The notes beneath the pieces are model-generated. The model was not told where the DNA came from. It saw nothing but the letters and a program-made list of their open reading frames with translations, and did no database searches. Shown here one piece after another: positions 25,981 through 38,590 of a DNA stretch of 64,000 nucleotides. The stretch comes from Eukaryota sp. GEM-RC1 (Eukaryota), in the NCBI GenBank assembly GCA_040285855.1, contig JAUFOQ010000004.1:2480001-2544000 (forward strand), read 5' to 3'. A program made the position numbers and the translations under genes. Numbering within the stretch: the first letter of the stretch is position 1; every line of letters starts with the position of its first letter.

Positions 25981-27361
25981 AACAGAAAGAAAAGGTTCAG
26001 AAAAGATTGTTGTTTATTATGGTACATAAGTATAAGCAGATCGACGATCTACAAGTAGATCGATGAAAGAACGATCGATTGAGTAAGCTTAAGGAATCAA
26101 AGAGCTATAACAAATGATCCTATTTGAAGAAAATGAGAAATGAAGGAGAGAAAAAACTTGGGGTAAAGAGTTGGAGTATGCATCTCGAGTGAAATCCACA
26201 GTAGTAGATCCAAAAAGAGAAACATCAAATCTGTATTTTTGTATTTTTGTATTTGTATTTTGTTCAACTCTTGTATTTTCCAGGTATGGTCCAAAATGTA
26301 TCTAAAATCCCGTGATGACGTAATTCCCTATTAATAACACACAATACCCTTGTAGAGACTTGTTAGGAACTGATCAAAACGAATGACTATTTTGGTACAG
26401 TTGCATTTGTGGAAAGGGTTTCAGTTGATTAGGACTTAATCTACCGAGTCTGCATTTTGGTTCTTCCTCATATTTTACTTCATGGCGATTCTTCTCAACA
26501 TTAACGGGAGGTTATTTTGGTCAGTGGTCATCATGTCAGGCAAGTGTAATTGACTTTACAAATCTGCATTGTTCAATGTTGTTTTCCTCCTGGCATATCC
26601 TGCCTAATAGAGCACCCTTTTCCTTTAGTTTTACGGATGCTCTAATTCAGAGCTACTTTTTCTGATTATTGCAAGTGCTATATCTTTGAGTACCTTTTTA
26701 TCTTGGTATTAGGGGTACTGTATTAGTTATAGTGTAGTTCATTTTTTGTGAAATGTAGCGCAATTAATTCTTTTACACAGTCATTGCTTACACCTTGAAT
26801 GCTTCAAATGATCACGTGATAAAAGAGTCCAATAGTACTTATGAAAGTACGTACATTGCATTTCTTCCTGAAAATGATTAAGACACATCAATACTGGGCT
26901 TCAACCTATTTCACTATTGGTATATGTAAATAATTGTAGTTGCCCAATGAACTTTTCGATTTTGTTTAGCTAATTGTGTTCCAAAATTGAAAAGAAATTC
27001 TAAGTTTTTTACTACAAATGTGGAAGAGCATATTTGCTTTTTGGATTTTTGAGTCGATGTAAAGAAATGTTGATTTCATGTTGGCCAAATTGTTTGGTGG
27101 CAACTACTTTTCAGAAGTCCGTAGTTTAGTTTGGATTAATAGTCTGTAATTGTCCGTACAAAACGTCTTTTTATTTACAATGGATTTATCACAAATAAAG
27201 AATACCATCAATATTATATTACAATTTCATAGTTTTGTAGGAAGGTTACCTTATTGTGTGCCGAATATAGTTCATCATCAATATTAACAAAGGAGATACC
27301 AGTATATCTACATCATAATGTGATAGTTTCTTGTTATATGATGTCACAAACTGGTTCAGTC

Positions 27362-28293
27362 TATAGATGGGAGCCGGCTCAAAATTTGATCACGGCTCAG
27401 CCGCAGGCATTAGCCAGCCGGCTGCGGCTTACAGCACATATTAGCCAGCTCAAGCCGGCTGAAGCCGGCTCAGCCTCATCGAGTTTTGTTTCGAGTATTT
27501 GGGCAGTTGCTTAAAAGTTTTATTGACTTGTTGGTTGATATATCAGTAAAATGATACAAAACCATTGTTAATGACAACTACACCGAGTTTCAGAACGACA
27601 CAATACATACACCATTGATCAGTATATTCCAGTTTTCACAGATTTTACATGTGACTTATTTTTGGGATTATCACTTATAAACTTGACGTTGATCAGTTAG
27701 TAATTACTTGAATCTGTGAAACAATCGTAACACCACTATGGAATTGGATGTCTGCCTAATATGAGAAAACGGTACAGTAGTACTTTGAGAAGGAGCTTAA
27801 TTGGTTCAAAAGAAACAAAGTCGTTGGCAGAAAATCTCTGACAGACTCCAGGTTTTTTACTGTGTCAGAACACAGGTACTTCCGTTTTAAATGGAAATAC
27901 AAGATGTAACAGACATATAAAGTGTCAGAAATATACACTGCGACAATGTACATAAGGCATTAAATGTATTGTTAGTGCACCCAAGAAAAACAGTAGGGCC
28001 ATTATTCGGCACATATCAACTATATTCACCAATTCTATTTTTGCTCGAACGTTGATAAACATTAGTAGCCCTAAAATGTTCTGATATGCGCTGTAAATGA
28101 TTATTTTCGATTTCCAAATTCATTATTCGTTCTTTATTAGCTGTGTTTTCAGAGAACCTAAAATATTCGGCTTGAGCCGGCTCAAAATCTTTTTAGCCAG
28201 CCGGCTTGCAGCTGGAAATATTTCTATTCTGGACCAGTCGGCTGGCTCGGCTAGCCGGCTAAGCCGGCTAAATTGAGCCGGCTCCCATCTCTG
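27362..28293. mobile_element. hAT-type MITE with AGCCGGCT subterminal repeats
   Basis: TATAGATGGGAGCCGGCTCAA ... TTGAGCCGGCTCCCATCTCTG; clusters of AGCCGGCT at both ends; TTCAGTC near both flanks. Confidence 0.8.
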
Positions 28294-29175
28294 AACTTCA
28301 GTCATTATACAGTGATGTGTCTATATTTTCAATCGATCGGGCTGTTGAAATTACAGGAACATTGAAGATACAGCTCCATTTCTTGTTTCCCGCTGTTTAG
28401 CTGTCCTATGTAGTATTCCATCACCACAAAACGTGATATAATGCTCTTTTGTGTATACCTACTACCGTATAGACTCAATCCCATTGTCTCTTCTCTTATT
28501 CCTTGGATTCATCTCATCTGACCTTTGAGGGTATTTTAGCAAGAACCCAGCCAATTTGCCATCCTTAATGCGTGTTTCTTGAGACGATATTGTTTCAGAT
28601 TCGTCCTCTTTCTACATCAAGAAACTAAGATCTAAACCTGCTTTGTGATCTTCTTCACCGCCTCCAGCACGTCGTCGTTTTCTATATTTTCTACAGTTTT
28701 CTCAAATGTTATGGCAAATCCAAGAAACTGGATGAGAACATGAGTGAGAGTTTTGTTTAAGATGTATATTTGTCCCATTCATGTTCTTGGTTTTCAAAGA
28801 GAAAAAAGCACAGTTTATTGTTGTATTGATAGCTTAGACATAAAAACGGTCTTCGTTGGTCTTGAAACAGTAGTAGAACTGATAAGGCACGATCCTATGT
28901 TACTCTGGAACGGCAAGAACGTGATAGGAGAGATATCAAATCATTCTTCAATAACGACCAAGAGATGATAACCTGACATTATATATATGACATAGTATCG
29001 ATGAGAGGACACAGAAGATGTTTTATTATGGAACAAAAATCGGGCTGTTGAAGATAGAAGAACATTGAAAATACAGGTCCTGAAAATAAAGATGTCTAAC
29101 TGTATTGATCGAGGTTCTGAATTTGATGTTTACAAATTGACACCTAGACCTCATTCATAGATCAGAACTTCCACA

Positions 29176-31303
29176 ATGTCTTCATACCTTCAAATAGCAG
29201 GATCAATGTCACCTGATGGTTCTCCTTCTATCTTCTTATTCTTTCCCCAAAAACGATACGTATTCAATGTGGGTGATGGTTTCCAAAGATTCTGCACTGA
29301 ACATAAGGTGAGATTAGCCAAAGTTGATCAATTCTTCTTCACTCATCTTTCTGCTACTACTCTTGGTGGTCTTACTGGGTTACTTCTAACTGTTTCTGAC
29401 ATTGGAGTGCCCCATATCAACATAAATGGTCCCTCTGGAATACGTGAACTTATTTCATCTCTTCTTAAGTTCGTGCATCGTCCCGATTTCACTGTCAATG
29501 TGAATGAATTCCTTCCAAATTCTTCTTCTGAAGTTTACTCTGATTCCCATGTTTCTGTACACTACTTCTCAAGTCAATACTTGTCTACTTACATCATCAA
29601 AACTCCTGACTCTCCTGGTAAATTCAGCACGCAGAAAGCCAAATCTCATAAGCTTACCCCAGGTCCTCTGTTTTCTCAATTAGCTCAAGGGAAGTCCGTG
29701 AAGAACAAATTTGGGGATGAAGTTCGACCGGAGGATGTCTTGGAAGGAGGCGGGAGAGGTGATGTGGTGGTTATTGTGAATTTTTTAAAGAAGGTTTCTT
29801 TGTCAGGTTGTGAGGGAAATTTAGGCATTTACTCAGCGGAATTTCAAAGACTTTCAAATGATATTTTATCAGTAGTGGAAGTTGGTGACGTTGTGTCAAT
29901 CGTCTACATTTTTGATCCCACAATCGACCCCCAAAAAATAATTTTGACCTCTTTTTTTAAATCTTTCACTTCTAATTTCTTCAATTCTACTCATTTATTT
30001 ATGATTAAAGAAGCTAGCTCAAAACTGTTCGTTTCCAGTGATTCTCTTCAAAATTTGTTTTCAGGATATTTTGAGAAATTCTACTTAAACTTGAATTATT
30101 TACCAAGTTGCCCGTTTGCAAATGAAATATTTCATGATATTCGGAATTATTTAAATGCTAAGGTTGAACCAGCTGTACCACTTTTAAAATTTTTCATTTC
30201 TTCAAAAAAAGAATGCAAAATTGAAACTAATTCCAAAATTCCTAAAATTCTTGAACGAATTGAAAATCAAATCAATCACGATGAATTACTGGATATTGCC
30301 ACTAATATTCAGGACAAAGTTACCAAAATTTCAAATAATTTGAATTTTTCCCGTGCTGGTGGTGTTTTATTTCTTGGAACAGGTTCAGCAATTCCAAGCA
30401 AATATAGAAATGTCTCATCAATTTTAGTTTCATTTGGAATTAATTTGAATTTATTAGAATCAATTACGTCCGAAGATATTGTGAATTATTTGAAAGAAGA
30501 AAAGTTTTTAATATTGCTCGATTGTGGAGAAGGAACTGTCGGGCAATTATTTAGAATTTTTGAAATCTCTTTGAAAAAATCATTTTATTAGTTCGAATGA
30601 TTTTTGTTTCACATGATCACGCTGATCACAACTTAGGTCTGTGGAGATTTTTATTTGAACGATTTCGAATCATGTCAAAATTTGAAATTCAATTATCACC
30701 TGTTATTTTGACTTTACCAAAATTTTCACTTGATTTTTTAAATTTCATAGAATCCGTTGAGAGTCTCGGTGGCTCTGATTCGTATCTTGCCTTCAATTCA
30801 CACACATGCCTGGAAAATTCAATTTTTTTAAATTATTTAAAAGAATTAAATCTCTCATTGAATCTAATCCCAGTAGATCATTTTGGACATGCAAAAGCTG
30901 TGGTCTTTACTCAATCAACGGCTATTTCCATCACGTCAGTTGGATATAGTGGTGATTGTCGTCCAAGTGTTGAATTTTCAAATGTTTGCAAGAATTTAAA
31001 TGTCGACATTTTAATTCATGAATGCACTTTGATGATGAACTACAAGAACAAGCAATTTCGAAAAAACACTCAACAGTTTCTGAAGCTTTAGATATTGGAG
31101 ATCAAGCAAATGCGAAATTAACTCTATTAACTCATTTTAGTCAACGTTATCCTCGACTTTTAGGCAAAAATGGAGACAAATTTAAAAAATTCAAATTCAT
31201 GACTGCTAGTGATTTCTTCTATTTACCATTTGATCATTTTGAAAGTGCACCAGAATTATTAGAATTTTGTGAAATAATTCTTGAAAAAATAGAAGATGTT
31301 TGA
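29176..31303 (+). CDS. ELAC2: tRNase Z, long form (2 apparent single-base deletions at about 30562 and 31030)
   Basis: YVFNVGDGFQRFCTEHKVRL; FLGTGSAIPSKYRNVS; LLDCGEGT; SHDHADHNLG; YSGDCRP; IHECT; KHST; LTHFSQRYP. Confidence 0.95.
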
Positions 31304-31318
31304 GTTATGAGAAATTAT

Positions 31319-32169
31319 TTATTTTGGCCTTAGATTTTGTCGTTTTTGAATTCTTGTGAACCCTGAAATTGCAGCAGATGATTTCCCAAGAATTCTGTGT
31401 GAGTTTTGACCTGTTGAGGTTTTTGATTGAAATTTGGACCATTTTTCAAATTTCTTATTCTGAATTTTGTCAATCTCATCCTCCCGTTTCTTCCTTTTTA
31501 CTTCTCTCTCTTCGAAAGCTCGTTGTCTCTTATCTCCAGCACTTAGAGTTAGTTGTAGAGCAGTTGTCTTTTGATCTTCTGGAATAGGTCTAATAAACTC
31601 AGCTTTTACCTTTTCTGCCACGTCATAGCTCAAATACTCTACAAGATAGGATTCAGTAGAAGGGTCAAAAGATGACGTGATCTTGGCGGGATAGAACTTC
31701 TTGTCAGATGAATACCTAGCAAGAACTAAGTCATTGACGCTAAGGAGAGGAGAGACAGGGTGGGGGAGAGCTTGGAAGAGTGTAGTTTGAGCAGAGGACC
31801 AACCTCTACCAGGCGAATAGTGACTGCGTCATCTTCACGTTTCACAACAACCGCTTCCTCTTCCTTGTCTTTGTAGGATACTATACAGCGATGACCAACA
31901 TTGAAGTCGTTGACTTGTTGCGAATCTGAGATGGTATCTGACTGAGTTTGTTCTGGTACATTGGAACTTTCCGTTTGTTCTGGGATATGTGTAGTACTGG
32001 TTTCAGTAATTGAGGACTGTGTTAACGTACTTTTTTTGAGTTGGTCAAGTTTTTCATCAATTTTACAAAGAGTAGCCTTTATTTTCTCAGTATTGGAAGA
32101 AACATTAAGAAGAGCAATCAGAGATTCTCGTTTAACCTCAAGTTGAGATATTAGATCATGAAGAGACAT
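31319..32169 (-). CDS. SMNDC1: SPF30/SMNDC1-like Tudor splicing factor (frameshift at about 31765)
   Basis: N-terminal coiled coil, Tudor-like LARYSSDKKFYPAKI...YLVEYLSY, C-terminal KKREDE...KWSKFQSK. Confidence 0.6.
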
Positions 32170-32188
32170 TTTGTCTTCAGAAAATTGA

Positions 32189-34156
32189 ATGTCTCATACA
32201 AGACTTGATCCTAAAACCATTGCTCTCTTGAATAGAATAGCTTCTGAAAGACGAGCTCTGCTGACTTCTTCTAGGGTTCCTACTCATCGTCCGCCTTCTG
32301 CATCAACTCAAAAACTTCCCAACAGAGTCAGCGCTTTAGATCTCAATCGAAACAGACCTCGCAGTGTTGGACAACGTACCTCTCCTGTTCATCTTCCTGA
32401 TGCTCCCCCCAGCCTTCCAATGGGAGTTACTGGCCGTTCTGTTGGTGTCCTTCCTGAAGAAATCCCTCTCAACCACTACCACAGACCCTCGACCGCACCT
32501 CGCGAGGACACAAGGACAGCGGATAACAGAGGAACTTCGGATGGGGTGTTGTTTGCAGAATCTAGTAAGTTTCCCAATGTACCTATTGTTTATAGAACTA
32601 CTCAAGCTAAGCATGTCAGTCCAGAACGACTTAATCTTGACCGAAGGAGGTTAAACGTGTTCCCTATTATAGAAGGTGAATATGCATTGAAGTTGTTGAA
32701 TTTACAGCATAATAATATTTCTTCAATTTGTCATTTGAATTATTTAAATAATTTGATTTTTCTCGATTTGTATGATAATCAAATTATTGAAATTTCTGGT
32801 CTTGATGATGTGACAAATCTCAAAGTTTTGATGCTAGGTCGTAACAGAATCACTACAATCACTGGACTTGATTGCCTGTCAAAGCTGGACGTTTTAGACC
32901 TGCACTCGAATTTCATTGAGACTATCTCCGGACTAGATAATTTAACACATTTGAGAGTTTTAAATTTAGCTGGAAATAGGATCCAAAATGTTAATAATTT
33001 AAATTTTTGTTCATCTCTTACTGAGTTAAATCTTAGACGGAATCACATTGTTACTGTTTCCGACCTTCATCAAATTGAGCCGCTTTCCCGATTGTTTTTG
33101 TCTTCCAATCAGATCTCTAGTTTTGCTGACGTTTCTACGATATTTTTAGCAAAGAATCTCGTTGACTTTACTATCGATTCTAATCCAGTTTGTGAAATTG
33201 AGAAACATATTTGCAAAACAATCTTCTTCAAATATTTAAGCAATTTAAAACACTATAATCTGGAATCAGTGAATTCTGATGAGCTCGAAGCAGCCAAGTT
33301 TTTTGATTTCAATCCGTTCGACAATCCAATCAGTGAATCTTCTCAATCAGAATTGATTGTTAATGGAACATCTGATTACATTGATTCTGATGACGAAGAA
33401 GTTTCCATTAATCAACAGGTAGTTAACAATCCCACTTCAGATATGTCGCAAAAATTAAATGATTCCATTTCTGGAGGAATTTTTAATATTTCAATGGCAG
33501 AACTGGAGCTTTTTTCTGAACTTCTTTCAAATTCTACTTATCGACAACGAATTACCTCCGAAGTTACCACTCTTAAATTTATTGACGTTACTCCTCTGGA
33601 TTTACAAAATTTTAAAATTTTATTCCTGGAATTGTTTAATCTCAGGACAAATATCAAATCAATTATATTTGATTCTGGTTTTGATTCTATCTCGGCTTTG
33701 ATTATGATCTCTTTCCTGTTTGAAAATGATAACGTCACCAGTCTGACTACCATGTCATCTGATTCTGATAATTTCTTTTTAATTAAGGCTTTTGTCGCTT
33801 TCAAATTTTCGTCAATCACTGTTTTCAATGGTATTGAAATTTCCAGTAAAGATCGGAAACTTGGAACTAAACTATTTTCAATGGTAGAAAAGACAGCTGA
33901 AACACCAAAATTTCAAAAATTCCGTGAGCAATCAAAGTTAATTGTTCAACAGATCGTCGCCGAAAGTCTTTCTGTTTTTGGAAAAATCTCCAAAGTTGAT
34001 GACGTCATCAATGAAAATTTGAGTAAGGAATGCCAAAGACTTTTCAATGACGTAAATGATCAAGATAATTCCATGGCGGAATTACTTCTAGAATTAACAA
34101 AAAATGTACAAAAAGTAAGTTTTGTTCCTGGTGTTTCATTGATGGGGAAAAAATGA
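32189..34156 (+). CDS. LRRC49: Leucine-rich repeat protein, LRRC49-like
   Basis: PERLNLDRRRL..FPIIEGE..LKLLNLQHN.I...LIFLDLYDNQI..ISGL..V.NLKVLMLGRNRI; intact 655 aa ORF. Confidence 0.8.
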   Translation: MSHTRLDPKTIALLNRIASERRALLTSSRVPTHRPPSASTQKLPNRVSALDLNRNRPRSVGQRTSPVHLPDAPPSLPMGVTGRSVGVLPEEIPLNHYHRPSTAPREDTRTADNRGTSDGVLFAESSKFPNVPIVYRTTQAKHVSPERLNLDRRRLNVFPIIEGEYALKLLNLQHNNISSICHLNYLNNLIFLDLYDNQIIEISGLDDVTNLKVLMLGRNRITTITGLDCLSKLDVLDLHSNFIETISGLDNLTHLRVLNLAGNRIQNVNNLNFCSSLTELNLRRNHIVTVSDLHQIEPLSRLFLSSNQISSFADVSTIFLAKNLVDFTIDSNPVCEIEKHICKTIFFKYLSNLKHYNLESVNSDELEAAKFFDFNPFDNPISESSQSELIVNGTSDYIDSDDEEVSINQQVVNNPTSDMSQKLNDSISGGIFNISMAELELFSELLSNSTYRQRITSEVTTLKFIDVTPLDLQNFKILFLELFNLRTNIKSIIFDSGFDSISALIMISFLFENDNVTSLTTMSSDSDNFFLIKAFVAFKFSSITVFNGIEISSKDRKLGTKLFSMVEKTAETPKFQKFREQSKLIVQQIVAESLSVFGKISKVDDVINENLSKECQRLFNDVNDQDNSMAELLLELTKNVQKVSFVPGVSLMGKK

Positions 34157-34759
34157 TTGATGACGTCATCAATGTTTCTAGTTTGACTGTAAGCTGTTTG
34201 TAACTTTAAGATATTTCCAAAACAAACACTCCTAGTTGTTGTATTTCATTGTTTCTTGAAAAAGAAGCAGTTACTGAATTTAAATTAATTCAAAAATTCA
34301 AAATATGAACTTCTATATTCAGCCAAAACAGATCGGACATAGTTTATGTGTTCAATTTTTCATTATTTTAAAATTTTGAATTCGGAGCTAGACTCTTTCC
34401 ATTCGCGTTCGAGCAAACGTTGAGGTGATTGTTTTCCTTTTTGAAGAAAAAGACAAAGTGTTTTTAGTACATGCTTTATATGCAGCAATTGACTAACACA
34501 TGCTAATATAGAAAATGTACAATGGTTATTAAAACCCCATTTTTTAAACAATAAATAGGGAGTTGTCATTTTACCACGTAAATTATGGAACTTAGGTACT
34601 TTAAAATATGTTTGTAAAATACAAATACTGTATTTTGTATTTGCATGTACGAAAAGGGTTAGAGGATTCAATTGTTGAAGAATTTTCTATATTGTACGTG
34701 ATGTTTATACTGAGCACTAAATAATAACATTTCCACATCAATGTGAATTTTTAGAACTA

Positions 34760-35640
34760 AGACTAAAAATCCAAGCGACTTCATCTCCATCCGGTAAAAG
34801 ATCATGCAAAGGTTCAACATCAATCTTCACACCAAACTTGTACAATTTCTCAACTAATCGAGAAAAAAAACGGGGTTTATGATCAGTCAGTGGAATTAAT
34901 GCATTTGCAGAAGTTAATAACTACATGTAACAGACACTAACTAAAGTATCTGCAATATGATCTTTCTGACCATCACCAAACAACTTACCTAAAAGCGAAT
35001 TAAAGTATCTGTGCATGGAACGAAACAGTGCAAACGTTAACTACTCAACCAACAATTTTGATTGAAAACTTTTCCATACTCAAGAACACAATTAACGAAA
35101 AAGTAAAAATTAACTAAAAAACGATGTGCATCTGGTCCAATATTCCTCTGGTCGAATATCGACATCGCAAAAGGGTTAAACTTAAATGAATTGTACCTGT
35201 CACCATTCAATTGGTTAAATCAATGACAGCACATTGTATTTTTTACTTTTCAAGAAATCGTATAAAAAACCTAAACAATGCTTTGAAAAGGGGAAATGGC
35301 AAACTTCCTTTCTAATAACTTTCATTAATATTCTTTCCATACTGCTTACACAATTTGCCGAAAGATGTGAACAATTTTTGTCCGAAAAAACAAATGTTCC
35401 GTAAGGAGAAATAGCAAAAGGATGGAAAACAAACGGATTGTGTCGAAGAGAATTCCTCTTGGTAATTAATTCTCCAAAACGATCTAATTTTTCCTTTCAG
35501 CAGTTTCAAGAGCTGAATAATTTTGGTCTCAACTTTTAATGACTGAAGTTGAGTTACAAGGATCAACATCAGTAAAATCTATAAATAGTTTCTTGAGAGG
35601 ACAGCCAAGGACCAATCAAATCACATCTACTCTTATTACT
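34760..35640 (-). mobile_element. Cluster of decayed CRE-like 3' fragments (C-like, B, H-like)
   Basis: SRLVEKLYKFGVKIDV...DEVAWI; B 3' UTR ctgactgatcataaaccccg; DFTDVDPCN...FTSFGKLCKQYGK. Confidence 0.7.
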
Positions 35641-35669
35641 CATATTTGAGTCAGACAAAGTATTTTAAA

Positions 35670-36432
35670 CTTTTTTTTATGAGAATTATTTATTCTAAAA
35701 GTAATAGACAACAACACTACAGTGTACATACATCTAATAATCAATATCCTCAAAGTCCAGATTGCCTAACTGGAAATTTTCACCTACCTTATCTTCATAA
35801 TGTCTGCCAAGAGACAATAAAGCGCTAGATACAGAAGTGACCATACCTTTGAAGATAGCAAACACGATTCGATTTTTCCAAAATCTAAGATCAAAAGTCC
35901 TAGATGTTTTTTCTTTTACAGTCTTCACAAAGATTTCAAGTAATGATGTTGCAGATTCACCTAAAGAACCGTACAGTGAAAATACAAAAGGGTACAACAA
36001 GTAATTCGAGTGTGAAGCCGAATTCAATAATTTCAATTTAGCACAATATTTTTGCATTTTCAATTTTTCACCAATCAACAAGGGGTTTTTAGCATGAGAT
36101 TTAGCAAGTTTCTTGTTGGAATCATTACAACCATCGATAGACATAACATCAGCAATAATGAAAGATCCATCGAAACCAGGAAATATGACATCACCACGGC
36201 TATTTCCAAACGTTTTGTCAATATCTGTATCATCAAACAAACCAGCCAGAACTGGTTCTAAAAATGAAACTATTCCATAAGATTTACACATACAATATAA
36301 TTGATCCCTTACTGAATCATGAACCTTACTTCTAAAAGAAATAAAACGGTTACAATTCAATAAATGTGTAGGTGTTACAGATTGCCCACATTGGCATTTC
36401 AAATTATGTGGAAGGTTATCAGGCCAAATATA
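35670..36432 (-). mobile_element. CRE-like family A, 5'-truncated copy with intact RLE and A-rich end
   Basis: ORF 35734..36402, 222 aa: knuckle, HDSVRD, EP, RGD, DVMSID, EKLK..KY. Confidence 0.85.
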
Positions 36433-36505
36433 TGAGTATTTTAAACTGGTTCGATTTTTCCATGAAAACCATTACCCTAAACAACCAATATAATATACTA
36501 ACAAC

Positions 36506-36649
36506 ATGCCAATTGCTCTAATCCTTGGTATAGTTGTTGGTTTGATTGCTTCTGGAGTTGTTGGAGGGTTGGTGTTCTTTATGATTAGAAAGAGTTTGGC
36601 CTCTTTTGAGTCTCAGTCTTTCAATCCATTGACTTCTAACAAGGTCTAA
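36506..36649 (+). CDS. 47-aa transmembrane anchor + short tail (possibly a truncated surface-protein end)
   Basis: MPIALILGIVVGLIASGVVGGLVFFMIRKSLASFESQSFNPLTSNKV*. Confidence 0.35.
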   Translation: MPIALILGIVVGLIASGVVGGLVFFMIRKSLASFESQSFNPLTSNKV

Positions 36650-37643
36650 TTTTGATGTATATATTCTGAATAAATTTTCTTGTCTTGAGAGTCACAGTAC
36701 ATTACACATGAAATGAGACATAGAGAACAAGAAGAACGAGATTGTTTGACAAGTTAACCAAATGAAACATCGCTGGACTATCAGAACACCACATAAAACC
36801 ATAATGACTATTCACAATGAAGTTTCGGTAAGAAACATACAAGTACAGTTGTTGAGTTAACAAAAAATTCCCGTGCAAGACGGATGAGGTAATGGATGAT
36901 AGTTTGCGTTTTAGCATCAAACCAGCAGTATGTAAAACATCATTGCTGTATTCATCACCTCCACAAAGGATTGTGAAAGAGAAAAGTCAAATTCGGTCAT
37001 TTGAATGATCCGCCACTAGTGAAAGCACTAGTGGAATCCATTTAAATTTGCAAATTTTCAGTTCCTCTTTAACATACCTTAGTACATTGTGACTGCTCAA
37101 GAATAGTCACAACTGGATTGTCCTCCACCATTGCACTGCGGTGTGACAGTGGCAGTCCGGCTCCCTTATGGCTACTTGGCGTAGGGTGGGGTACTCTAAT
37201 TTTTGTTTAATTCAACAACTGTCTCGATTTTGATTTCTTCGCTGCTCTAGTTAGATGACACAACATCTACGAGTTAAAGCAATTGTCAAATCTTTCAATT
37301 GACCAGATTCATCTAATGGTGTTCCTGATAGTAATTCGATCTATTTGCAACAGATGTATATTTCTGAAACATTGCTCTGGATGTGCATATTCCAATAAAG
37401 TGACATCGAGTGATGCAGTTCCAGCATTATGAAGAACTGCAATCTATATTACCACACACACCCTAATGTTAACCTTAATGTTAATGAAATGTGATAAGTC
37501 AGATTTGGAAGAGTATGCAACACCTTAATACAATTTGGGCACATAGATTTCAAATCGATGGTGCATAATGTTAAAAAGAGGAAATGTTCAGTTTTTGCCT
37601 GCATCTGACAAGAATATCCTCATTCCCTTCTCCCAGGTCATAA

Positions 37644-38538
37644 ATGCCTGGCACTCTCAAATGCAACAAGTGTTGGAAGATTCCATCTGACAACAAAGCA
37701 TTCATCACTGTTTGTGGACACTTCTTCTGTAGTCCTTGTGCCGAAAACACTTTCTCTCAAAGCCTTACTTGCCCTGGGTGTGACTACGACTGCAAACAAA
37801 AGGTGATATCCAACAGATGTCTCTATTAGTTGATCCTCCAGTCAAGAGGGTGTTATGTGGTTATACTCCCGATGTTGTATTGGAGATATCCAAACACGCC
37901 ATTCTGTTCTGGAACAATCAAAAGGAAATTGAACAAAGTTATGTATCGTTCAAGTACAAAAGGGAACTATCACGTCTCTCACAAATAGAAAAGCAGACAT
38001 CAGAAGAACTAGTGGAACAGAAAAACGAAAACAACAGAATATCGAATCTTCTACGAGATCTTAAAGATGAACTGGAAAAGCAAAAGAAAGAACATTCGGA
38101 GCTCATGGAAAAGTATGTGTAATAATGACATTAGAATAACCTCAGTATGCAGATCGAACAAGACAGAAACGGCAGTACCAAGAACTATATACAGAGATGA
38201 AGACTCAAAATGAACGATTGGTCAACAACACTTCAACAACACATCTGGACATAAGTCCTTGCGAGAATACATCATTTAGTTTGAGTTCAAAGCTCCTGAA
38301 AACTCCCAGATTACGACCACCTTCAAGAAGAGAAGATTCTCTCTTTAGAAATTCCCTTTCCAAACCGTCAATCAACTCTAAAATAGTTCCATCTACAGAT
38401 CAACGAAATCGATTCAATGTGTTGAGATCAAATACCCCAAAATTACTGCCTGGAAAGTCTTCATCTTTAGTAAATAGAAACTTTGTTGCAACTCCAGGTT
38501 TTCGACCGAATTTTAGCAAGCTATTTAACAAAGATTGA
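37644..38538 (+). CDS. HEI10: HEI10/CCNB1IP1 meiotic RING E3 ligase; 33-nt intron at 38113-38145 plus apparent single-base deletions
   Basis: LKCNKCW...AFITVCGHFFC..C...TCPGC, then LCGYTPDVVLEISKHAILFW..QKE, coiled coil, EKYADRTRQKRQYQELY, S/P-rich tail. Confidence 0.8.
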
Positions 38539-38590
38539 GAAGAATTTATAAATGTACAATGCAACTAGGGTCAAAATCAATCACATTGGA

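Noticed and set aside
37803..37829. GTGATA...TATTAG as an intron in HEI10
   Set aside because: Lacks the GTATG start and the -7 A; one missing A gives a sensible KGDIQQMSL instead.
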